A stretch of 64,000 bases of DNA from an uncultured Winogradskyella sp. (lineage in GTDB: Bacteria > Bacteroidota > Bacteroidia > Flavobacteriales > Flavobacteriaceae), in the NCBI RefSeq assembly GCF_937958655.1, contig NZ_CALGNH010000025.1:31622-95621 (forward strand), written 5' to 3'. The translations under genes were made by a program, and so were the position numbers. Of the stretch, positions 10,590 through 18,829 are shown in pieces (positions within the stretch are counted from its first letter, which is position 1; each line of letters begins with the position of its first letter). The notes under the pieces were generated by a model. It did no database searches. It was not told the DNA's origin and worked only from the letters and a program-made list of their open reading frames with translations.

Positions 10590-10871
10590 TTAGGCTTCTA
10601 TCGTTACGCCTTTCCAGAAGGCTACACGATTTTTAATTCCTTTTGCAAGTTCTGAAACTTCTGGATAGTACCATGCAGCATCTTTGTTCTCTTTGCCATC
10701 TACAACAATGGTGTAATAGGATGCTGTTCCTTTCCAAGGACAGACGGTTTTGGTATCGCTTGTATTAAAATAATCTTTTTTAATACTGTCGTGAGGGAAA
10801 TAATGATTTCCTTCTATAACTACAGTATCATTGCTCTCTGCCACTATTTCATTATTCCATATTGCTTTCAT
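10590..10871 (-). CDS. DUF427-like small protein
   Basis: 93 aa. VIEGNHYFP...[10 protein letters not shown] matches the DUF427 pattern as I recall it. Confidence 0.6.
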   Translation of the reverse strand: MKAIWNNEIVAESNDTVVIEGNHYFPHDSIKKDYFNTSDTKTVCPWKGTASYYTIVVDGKENKDAAWYYPEVSELAKGIKNRVAFWKGVTIEA

Positions 10872-10898
10872 AATTTTAAATTTTAAGATGCGTTAGTA

Positions 10899-11624
10899 TT
10901 ATCTGTATTCTGGATTTTCAAAAGACCATTTTGTCCCATCATCCCAATCTTCTCTAGAATTTCCGTAATTGCTGTAACCTTTGTTGTCCTTGAGTAATTT
11001 TGCCAAATGCAACAGATTGTAGGTCATAAAGGTGGTATTTCTGTTGGTAAATTCAGAGTCGAATCCTACTGCTGGCGCTATCTTTTTATCTTTCCATTCT
11101 GTATCACCATAGCTTGGTCCTGGCCCAACCTCACCAATCCATCCGCAATCTGCTTGTGGTGGGATTGAAAACCCTACATGTTGTATGGCATATAAAATTC
11201 CCATAGCACAATGTTTTACTCCATCTTCGTTTCCTGTAATCATACAACCACCTACTTTACCATAGTAAATGTATTGGCCTTTGTCGTTTGTTTTGCCACT
11301 CATAGCGTACAAACGTTCGATTAATTTTTGAGCTTCGGACGACTTTTCACCAAGCCAAATAGGTGTGCCAATGATTAAAACATCGGCTGCCATTATATCT
11401 TCATAAATGTCTGGCCAATCATCCTTTTCCCAGCCATGTTCTGTCATATCTGGATAAACTCCTACAGCCACAGCCTTATCTATAAGTCTAATCGTTTTAA
11501 AAGAGACGTTTTCTTTTTTAAGAATATTTTGCGATACTTCCATTAAAGTCGCTGTATGACTTTTTTCTGGTGATTTTTTAAGTGTACAATTAATGTAAAG
11601 TACGTTTAGATTTGAAAAATTCAT
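10899..11624 (-). CDS. Flavodoxin-like / NAD(P)H-dependent FMN reductase family protein
   Basis: 241 aa. LYINCTLKKSP..VLIIGTPIWLG is typical of multimeric flavodoxin/FMN-reductase folds. Confidence 0.6.
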   Translation of the reverse strand: MNFSNLNVLYINCTLKKSPEKSHTATLMEVSQNILKKENVSFKTIRLIDKAVAVGVYPDMTEHGWEKDDWPDIYEDIMAADVLIIGTPIWLGEKSSEAQKLIERLYAMSGKTNDKGQYIYYGKVGGCMITGNEDGVKHCAMGILYAIQHVGFSIPPQADCGWIGEVGPGPSYGDTEWKDKKIAPAVGFDSEFTNRNTTFMTYNLLHLAKLLKDNKGYSNYGNSREDWDDGTKWSFENPEYR

Positions 11625-11639
11625 TTTTTTAGTTTTAAA

Positions 11640-13202
11640 TTAAGAACTGCACGACAACATAGAACAGCCTACTTTATGCCTAGCCCATTCTGGGCGTTTT
11701 GCAAACCATTTACTATGTTTTGGTTGCTCATTATAAGGCCTTTTAAGTAATTGAAACAGCTCATCGATTAATTTATAACTTCCTTTATTAGCGTCATCTA
11801 TAGCCAACTGTGCCATATAGTTTCTAAGTACATATTTAGGGTTAACCATATTCATTTGGTCTTGGCGTTCTTGGTCGGTTAAATGTTCTACCTGTAATCT
11901 TTTGTCGTAAAAATTAAACCAAACTGTCCACTGTTTTAAAATATGGTCTTTGATAGTTTCGAATTTGTAAAATGCATCTTTAACAATTTCTAGTCCTAAT
12001 TGTGGATTATCTTGTTTGTAATGAGACAGCAGCCTAAAGAAGATCGTCATATCTACCTCATGTAAAGTTAAACAATTTTCGAGCTGGTTTATTAACTCAT
12101 AATCATTTTTATTTTGAACGTGTAAACCTAACTTAGAACGCATCATATTTAAAGATTTAACGTCAAAGTCTTCTTTATAGGTGTTTAAAGCCGCTTCAAA
12201 CGGTTCAGCATCTTCCACTAATGGGTACAAAGCATTGGCCAGTTGTAAGAGATTCCAAAGCCCTATGTTAGGTTGGTTACCATAACGGTAGCGCTTGTTT
12301 TGTTTGTCGGTTGTATTTGGAGTCCATCCAAAATCAAATCTCTCTAACCAACCATAAGGGCCATAATCTATAGTTAATCCAAGTATAGACATGTTATCCG
12401 TATTCATTACACCATGCACAAAACCTACACGTTGCCAATGTATAATCATCTCTAAAGTTCTTGCTGCAACGTCATTAAAAAATTGGATATAGGTAGCTTG
12501 TGAGGGGTTACCTAAATGCGGATAAAAGTATTTAATGGTATAATCTGTTAGTCTTTTTAAATTTTTGAGATCGTTACGTGCTGCAAATAAATCAAAATTA
12601 CCAAAACGAATAAACGATGGTGCTACCCTACAAACGATGGCGCCTTTTTCATATTCAGCATTTCCGTTATACAACATATCTCGCAAAACCTCATCACCAG
12701 ATAATATTAAACTTAATGCTCTGGTGGTTGGTACACCCAAATGAAACATAGCCTCACTGCATAAATACTCTCTTATTGAAGATCTTAATACAGCAAAACC
12801 ATCGCCTTGCCTAGAGTAAGGGGTTTCACCTGCTCCTTTTAATTGCAGTGCCCAACGCTTTCCTTGGTGCGCAACTTCAAAAAGATTAATTGCTCTACCA
12901 TCTCCAAGTTGCCCAGCCCAATTACCAAACTGGTGGCCAGCATAAGCCATTGCGTAAGGCTTTGTGTTTGGTTGAATTTTTGAGCCCGAAAAAATATCTA
13001 TAAAGTCTTGCGTTTTTATAGCCTTAGTATCTAATCCAATCGCTTTAATCATTTCTGTTGAAGCATGGATTAATTTTGGGTCGGATGGAACCTTAGGTGT
13101 TACATAAGAATGTGTAGCTTTAAAAACCTTTCGTCTATAATTTTCGGTATTGGGATCTGACGGTAACGCGTTATCAAAAGTATTAGATAGATTTAAATTC
13201 AT
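11640..13202 (-). CDS. selO: Protein adenylyltransferase SelO (YdiU/UPF0061)
   Basis: 520 aa. Hallmark GDGRAINL and FVHGVMNTDNMSILGLTIDYGPYGW. The C-terminus is ..CSMLSCSS. Confidence 0.9.
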   Translation of the reverse strand: MNLNLSNTFDNALPSDPNTENYRRKVFKATHSYVTPKVPSDPKLIHASTEMIKAIGLDTKAIKTQDFIDIFSGSKIQPNTKPYAMAYAGHQFGNWAGQLGDGRAINLFEVAHQGKRWALQLKGAGETPYSRQGDGFAVLRSSIREYLCSEAMFHLGVPTTRALSLILSGDEVLRDMLYNGNAEYEKGAIVCRVAPSFIRFGNFDLFAARNDLKNLKRLTDYTIKYFYPHLGNPSQATYIQFFNDVAARTLEMIIHWQRVGFVHGVMNTDNMSILGLTIDYGPYGWLERFDFGWTPNTTDKQNKRYRYGNQPNIGLWNLLQLANALYPLVEDAEPFEAALNTYKEDFDVKSLNMMRSKLGLHVQNKNDYELINQLENCLTLHEVDMTIFFRLLSHYKQDNPQLGLEIVKDAFYKFETIKDHILKQWTVWFNFYDKRLQVEHLTDQERQDQMNMVNPKYVLRNYMAQLAIDDANKGSYKLIDELFQLLKRPYNEQPKHSKWFAKRPEWARHKVGCSMLSCSS

Positions 13203-13392
13203 TAAATATGCTAAAGGTGATTTTAGTTTTTAAAGTTGAAATTTAGTCCTCGTTAAATCGACTAAACTAAAGATAGAATTAAAAAAGCAAATTTTTATAA
13301 AAATACGATTTCGTTTGCACTCAGATGTGCTTAAAACAATTAAGTCTTGTATTTTTTCGTAATTTAGACCTAATTCTAAAACTAAAGAATTT

Positions 13393-14661
13393 ATGACAAA
13401 GTCTATTATTGAAGACGCTCAAGACTATGTGTTCAAACTATTAAAAGACAAGTTAGCAACCACCTTTATTTATCATAACTATACCCATACGCAACGTGTT
13501 TTAAGAAGTACTCGAGAAATTATTGAAAATTCTGAGCTTAATAATGAAGAGACTACCATATTAGAGTTAGCTGCACTTTTTCATGATGTTGGCTATATTA
13601 AAGGTACGGACAAACACGAAGCCGAGAGTGTAAAAATTGCAACAGCCTTTTTAAAAGAACATAATGTTGACAAAGCAACGATTGAAAGCGTCTCTGCCTG
13701 TATTATGGCTACTAAATTTGATGCTTCACCCAATAATGAACTCGAAAAAATAATACGCGATGCTGATGCTTCTCATTTTGGTAAAAAATATTTTAGTGAG
13801 GCTAGTGAATTTTTAAGAAAAGAGTTAGAACTACAAGGTATTAAGAATTACTCACCTGAGGAATGGCGTACAGAAAACATTAAAGTCTTAACGGAAAAAC
13901 ATAGTTATTACACTGAATATGCATTAAAAACTTGGCAACCCAGAAAAGAAAAAAATCTTGCCAATTTAATGGGCAAAAAGAAAAAACGAAAAAAGAAACT
14001 CAATGTAGAAAAGCTTAAGGCCAAGTATAAAGCTGAATACAAAAATATAAGCCCAGAACGAGGTGTACAGACATTTTATAGAGTAGCCTTAAGAAACCAT
14101 ATTAAATTAAGTGATATCGCAGATACTAAAGCTAATATTTTATTATCCGTTAATGCTATTATAATTTCTGTTGTCTTAGCTAATCTTGTATCTAAGTTAG
14201 ACACCAATCCATATTTAACTTGGCCTACTGTAATTTTCTTGTTTTTTTGCGTGGTGTCTATGATCCTTTCAATAATAGCGACAAGACCTAATGTTACTAG
14301 TGGTGAGTTTACTAAAGAGGATGTAAAAAATCAAAAGGTAAACTTAAGTTTCTTTGGAAACTTCCATAAAATGAAACTCGAAGATTTTGAATGGGCTATA
14401 AAAGAAATGGTACAGGACAAAGATTACATATATAAGGCGCTCACAAAAGATCTTTATTTCTTAGGTAAGGTATTGGAACGAAAATATAGATTATTACGCA
14501 TAACGTATACCGTTTTTATGTTTGGCATTATAGTATCTCTAATTTCTTTTGCTATTGCTGTAAAAAATATTCCTGGTGGTGTGGATATAGAAGATGTTTT
14601 ACCAGATAACAGTTCTTCTTCTTCAATGATTATAGATAGTACGCTTAAAATTTATGTGTAA
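13393..14661 (+). CDS. HD-domain phosphohydrolase fused to a C-terminal multi-TM module resembling the Pycsar-effector TM family (DUF5706-like)
   Basis: The N-terminus carries an HD signature (YHNYTHTQRV, LFHDVGY, RDADASHFG). A polybasic linker (GKKKKRKKKL) follows. Then comes FYRVALRNHIKLSDIADTKANILLSVNAII plus further hydrophobic helices. Confidence 0.6.
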   Translation: MTKSIIEDAQDYVFKLLKDKLATTFIYHNYTHTQRVLRSTREIIENSELNNEETTILELAALFHDVGYIKGTDKHEAESVKIATAFLKEHNVDKATIESVSACIMATKFDASPNNELEKIIRDADASHFGKKYFSEASEFLRKELELQGIKNYSPEEWRTENIKVLTEKHSYYTEYALKTWQPRKEKNLANLMGKKKKRKKKLNVEKLKAKYKAEYKNISPERGVQTFYRVALRNHIKLSDIADTKANILLSVNAIIISVVLANLVSKLDTNPYLTWPTVIFLFFCVVSMILSIIATRPNVTSGEFTKEDVKNQKVNLSFFGNFHKMKLEDFEWAIKEMVQDKDYIYKALTKDLYFLGKVLERKYRLLRITYTVFMFGIIVSLISFAIAVKNIPGGVDIEDVLPDNSSSSSMIIDSTLKIYV

Positions 14662-14663
14662 TT

Positions 14664-17042
14664 CTAAGACTTAATCGTTTCCATTAAATCGTTATAGGTG
14701 TAATAATCTTTCGTATTGTTTTCACTATGATAAAGTATACTGGTACGTAGTGCTTTTAGCCCTGTAACACCTTGTAAATCTTCTAATTCTAGAATTTCTA
14801 AATCATCATTTAGCATTTGTTTAGATTGTAAGAAACTAATATATCTTATATACTCTTCTTCGTCTTCTTTTTGCGAATAAACAATGGTAAGTTTTCCTTT
14901 TGCGGTAATACGTTCTTCCGTGCCTTTAATATAGGCTTTATCTACACGCTTTTTTACAACCTCATAACGTGCATTGTAAGTACCATCTACATCAAATCTT
15001 TTTTCGTCCATTCTAAAGCGTATTGATAGCGGTTGGTTAAATACCAAAACCATAGACGCTACATCCAACGCAAGAGGATACTTATGTTGATTATGGTAGT
15101 AATGATTTTCCATTTGGCACATCACTTGTAACTGCCATAATCTAAGATTGTATAGGTAAATAATATTAAAACTATTTTTCTTAGTTATAGATTCTCCAAT
15201 GTACATATTATGCTCAACACCATCTGTCTTAAATCGCTCAAAGAAATGTGGGTACATTTTCTGCGCCTCTTGCTGTTTTTGATCTAATAGCAAAGACATA
15301 TTTTTATTAATAAGTCTTATAGTATCATCGTAATGTTTTCTGTAATAATAGATTACATCTAAATCGTCGTCGATTTTATTAAAATAATCTTCAATATCGT
15401 CTATTAAAGATTTTTGAGTTTGAGCAATTAAGTGTAGTACTGATTTTACCTCGTCTTTTAAAAAAAGGGTAATGGCATGCTCACTATCTACTTTGAAATT
15501 TTCATTAAGCCCTGTATTGAATTTTTTAATCTGAAATTTAATCTGCTCATAGATTGGCAAATTCCGTTCTTCTAAACTTTTATCTATTATTTTTTCTGCC
15601 AAAGTTAATTGCAACGCCAAATCTTTTTGCGTAGCTTCATTTCGGGCGTTTGACGAGCCTTTAACATCTATTTGACCAAATAATGGATACACCTCATTAA
15701 AAGTAATTTTTCTAAAGGTAGTAGACTCATCAGTTTTGTATTGGGTTTTAATGTAATGCCTAGCCTCTTGTTCAAACTTCCAATGCACACTAGAGTGAAT
15801 AGATGTACACTCTTTTTGGATAATAGCTTCTATTAAATTTTCTTCTTCCTTTTTTGAGCGCTCTACCGCAGATACAATAAAAGGCATTACATCTATTAGC
15901 TTATTAGCATTGACGCTATTGAGCACTTTAGCTTCTCTAGAGACAATTTCAATAACACCCATTAAACCCTCGTCGTTAGCTATTGGTGCAAAAATGGCAC
16001 TTTTAAAACCTTGCTCATGTAAAACATTTATATGTGGTGCTTTTCCTTTAGCTAATTTATACAGTCGGTCTACATCAGAAATAGAAAAGTAAGATTTTTC
16101 ATTAATTAACCGGTTATAGGACCAATCGCAAAGGGCGTCTGAGCATGGTTTACTTTCTAAATCGTTTAGTAAAAAACTATTCATACCAACACCATAAACA
16201 CATTCAAACCTACTTTCTTCTTCGTTATATATAGAAAAGCCTATTTCTAGGTTTTTAAGTCCAAATAAGGAACGAAATATATCATAAAACCCTGTCATAA
16301 AGCTTTTATTATTTCGTTTATCCTCGCCAATTAATGAAGATTTAATATTTGAAATAGACTGATCGTCCGTAACGTCAAAAATATTTGAGATTACAAAGCC
16401 TTTAAACTCATAACTATTTGGTGGAAACTTTTCTTTCCAGAGGTCTAAGTTTTCAAAATTATCTATAAGTTGACTATAATCTTCCTCAGTAATTTTAGGG
16501 GCATTTTCTTTTGGTATTATTTCAGTAAAATCTGCATTATATAATATTTTATAATAGCGCATTATGCCATTGGCATCTGGAATTTCATAAAGAAAAGGTC
16601 TTTTAAAATTAATATTATAACCGTAACAAAAGTTTAGAATAATAGTACAGGCAATAATATACCGCTGATCTGTTGGCATATTTTTGATCTGAAGCTCAAA
16701 ATCCTTACCTGCTGTTTCAATTATAGATTTAAAACGTGCAGAGGTGTTAAATATAATATCTTGAAAAGGTACAGACGCTGTTTTAATTTCATTTTTAGTG
16801 AGTATAGGACTAAATGTATCTTGTAGTATACCTTCAATCTCTTTTTCGTAGTCATTAAAAACAGAAAGGTCGCTAAAACCCTTACGTAAAATAGGATTTT
16901 CTTCTGCTATTTTAAGGACTCGCCTAGCATTAGCAGCAATAAAATCATTATCTGCCTTAATCAACGCTTCGTAATGATTGAGCAGTTTATTAAAGCTTAC
17001 TTTAATAATAAGAGGTGACTCTATGTTATCATTAATATCCAA
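14664..17042 (-). CDS. Large cytoplasmic GAF-domain protein of unknown function
   Basis: 792 aa with a TTG start. The central GAF-like segment is ..FAPIANDEGLMGVIEIVSREAKVLN... I do not recognise the flanking ~350-aa regions. Confidence 0.55.
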   Translation of the reverse strand: MDINDNIESPLIIKVSFNKLLNHYEALIKADNDFIAANARRVLKIAEENPILRKGFSDLSVFNDYEKEIEGILQDTFSPILTKNEIKTASVPFQDIIFNTSARFKSIIETAGKDFELQIKNMPTDQRYIIACTIILNFCYGYNINFKRPFLYEIPDANGIMRYYKILYNADFTEIIPKENAPKITEEDYSQLIDNFENLDLWKEKFPPNSYEFKGFVISNIFDVTDDQSISNIKSSLIGEDKRNNKSFMTGFYDIFRSLFGLKNLEIGFSIYNEEESRFECVYGVGMNSFLLNDLESKPCSDALCDWSYNRLINEKSYFSISDVDRLYKLAKGKAPHINVLHEQGFKSAIFAPIANDEGLMGVIEIVSREAKVLNSVNANKLIDVMPFIVSAVERSKKEEENLIEAIIQKECTSIHSSVHWKFEQEARHYIKTQYKTDESTTFRKITFNEVYPLFGQIDVKGSSNARNEATQKDLALQLTLAEKIIDKSLEERNLPIYEQIKFQIKKFNTGLNENFKVDSEHAITLFLKDEVKSVLHLIAQTQKSLIDDIEDYFNKIDDDLDVIYYYRKHYDDTIRLINKNMSLLLDQKQQEAQKMYPHFFERFKTDGVEHNMYIGESITKKNSFNIIYLYNLRLWQLQVMCQMENHYYHNQHKYPLALDVASMVLVFNQPLSIRFRMDEKRFDVDGTYNARYEVVKKRVDKAYIKGTEERITAKGKLTIVYSQKEDEEEYIRYISFLQSKQMLNDDLEILELEDLQGVTGLKALRTSILYHSENNTKDYYTYNDLMETIKS

Positions 17043-17063
17043 TGCTTACCGTTCTATTTAATG

Positions 17064-17071
17064 CAAAGTTA
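17064..17071 (-). promoter_or_regulatory. Candidate Bacteroidota -7 promoter box (TAACTTTG) for the GAF gene
   Basis: Exact match to TAnnTTTG on the minus strand, ~21 nt upstream of the TTG start. No good -33 TTTG was seen. Confidence 0.35.
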
Positions 17072-17145
17072 CGTATAATTAAATATAGTCGGCTGCTTTT
17101 ACGCAACCTTACTTTGTGTTTATGGGATATATACGTTAAAAACCC

Positions 17146-18828
17146 TTAGTTCGGTTTTACTTTTTCTAAAAGTAGGATACTGTATTCCGAATCGATGGTA
17201 ACATTACCGCTGCTTACTTTAGAAAATTTACCCGAATAGGTATCACGAATCTTATCACCGTTTTCAAAAACTTTAGATACGTCCAACACCTTTTTTCCTT
17301 TCGGTAAATCTAGTCCGACAACTACAAAATCCTTAACATCTCCTTTTGTATAATTTCTGTAAAACGCATAAGGTGTTTCACTTATGATATGATGAGTACC
17401 TGCACCTACTGACGGATGATGAGCTCTAAACTGTCCTAGTTTTTGCCAATGCTTTAAAACGGCTTTAGTCCTTTTGCGTTTTGCTATGGAATCCCAATTC
17501 ATAGTAGATCTCAGTGTTGCATCTCCTTCTGTGCCTGGCACTATTAAAGATCTAGATGATTCGTCTCCATAATATATTTGAGACGTTCCTGGTGATAGTA
17601 AGAGTCTATTTGCTGTCTCATAAGGCTTTTTTCTTACCGCATCAAATGGGCTGCCATCGTCGTGAGAGCTCAGATAATTAAGCGTTCCAAATCCTTTAAG
17701 AACTCCATGTAAAGTGTCTGAATATTTTTTGAATTGTTCTTCGTAGCTTAACTCTTTTGAATTCCACTTAAACTCAAAATTGATTAAACTATGAAAGCTT
17801 GGCGGATCAAAATAATTGACTTTTTTGTCTCCAAAATCATAATACTGACCACTACTGATGTTGTAATTATAAATTTCACCGACTAAGTAAAACGCGTTAT
17901 CATCCAAAACCTTCTCTGGGTTATTTGTTTTGTATTGGTTAAAAGCGTAATCGCATTCTACCTTAAATTCTTGCCACACGTATTCTTCGGTATGCTTAAC
18001 TGTATCTACTCGGTAACCATCAATTCCAAATTCTGTGATGTAATCGGTTAGCCATTTCATAATATAAAAACGTGGTGCTCTTGGATGGCCTGTTCTTTTA
18101 AAAAAAGTATTTAACTCCTTTACTTCCTGCTCGTAGTGTCCTTCATCTTTCCATTTTTGCAACAGTTGTGGCGGAAGATCTACATCTTCATTAGACTCTG
18201 TTCTAATATCTGGTAGATTTTCTACAAGTGTGCAGGTTACTGTGTTTTCGTAACTATCAAAGGTACATTTGTCATTGGTTCTTACCCAACTATCTGGCCA
18301 AACAGGATCTTTTTCAGTGACGGGACCTGTGTGGTTAATGACTGCATCTAATACAATACGAATCCCTCTAGCATGAGCTTCTTTTACCAACTCATGTAAA
18401 TCGGCTTTGGTACCAAAATTAGGGTCAATTTTTGTCCAGTCCTTAGTCCAATACCCATGAAACCCATAAGTTACACCAGTACCTTCATCTGTACCACCAT
18501 GAATTTGTTCTACAATGGGAGTCATCCAAATGGCATTAATGCCAAGTTCTGTAAAATAACCTTCTTTTATTTTTTGGGTTATCCCTTTTATATCACCTCC
18601 TTTAAAGCCACGGAGTTTAGCTGTTTCTCTTGTCCTATCGAAGTTAACATCGTTAGAGGTATCTCCATTATTAAAACGATCTGTCAACAAAAAGTATAAG
18701 TTAGCACCAGCCCAATCAAAATGTTGCTTTTCAACCCTCACTTCTAAATTATCTTTATTGGTAGTATTTTCTTTGCAACTCAAGGCTAAAACTAATAGTG
18801 TTAATATTATTATTATTACTTTTTTCAT
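17146..18828 (-). CDS. GH13 alpha-amylase family lipoprotein
   Basis: The signal ends ..LALSC. GH13 regions: DAVINHTG, GYRVDTVKH, GEIYN, YLSSHDD. Confidence 0.85.
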   Translation of the reverse strand: MKKVIIIILTLLVLALSCKENTTNKDNLEVRVEKQHFDWAGANLYFLLTDRFNNGDTSNDVNFDRTRETAKLRGFKGGDIKGITQKIKEGYFTELGINAIWMTPIVEQIHGGTDEGTGVTYGFHGYWTKDWTKIDPNFGTKADLHELVKEAHARGIRIVLDAVINHTGPVTEKDPVWPDSWVRTNDKCTFDSYENTVTCTLVENLPDIRTESNEDVDLPPQLLQKWKDEGHYEQEVKELNTFFKRTGHPRAPRFYIMKWLTDYITEFGIDGYRVDTVKHTEEYVWQEFKVECDYAFNQYKTNNPEKVLDDNAFYLVGEIYNYNISSGQYYDFGDKKVNYFDPPSFHSLINFEFKWNSKELSYEEQFKKYSDTLHGVLKGFGTLNYLSSHDDGSPFDAVRKKPYETANRLLLSPGTSQIYYGDESSRSLIVPGTEGDATLRSTMNWDSIAKRKRTKAVLKHWQKLGQFRAHHPSVGAGTHHIISETPYAFYRNYTKGDVKDFVVVGLDLPKGKKVLDVSKVFENGDKIRDTYSGKFSKVSSGNVTIDSEYSILLLEKVKPN

Positions 18829-18829
18829 G

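Noticed and set aside
11640-13202. SelO as a selenoprotein with a recoded UGA
   Set aside because: The ORF is continuous with no in-frame TGA. Cys occupies the C-terminal position and no SECIS-like requirement arises.
13966-14000. A-rich tract (AAAAAGAAAAAACGAAAAAAGAAA) in the HD-TM gene as a phase-variation or slippage site
   Set aside because: The longest uninterrupted run is only 6 A. The tract simply encodes the polybasic linker KKKKRKKK.
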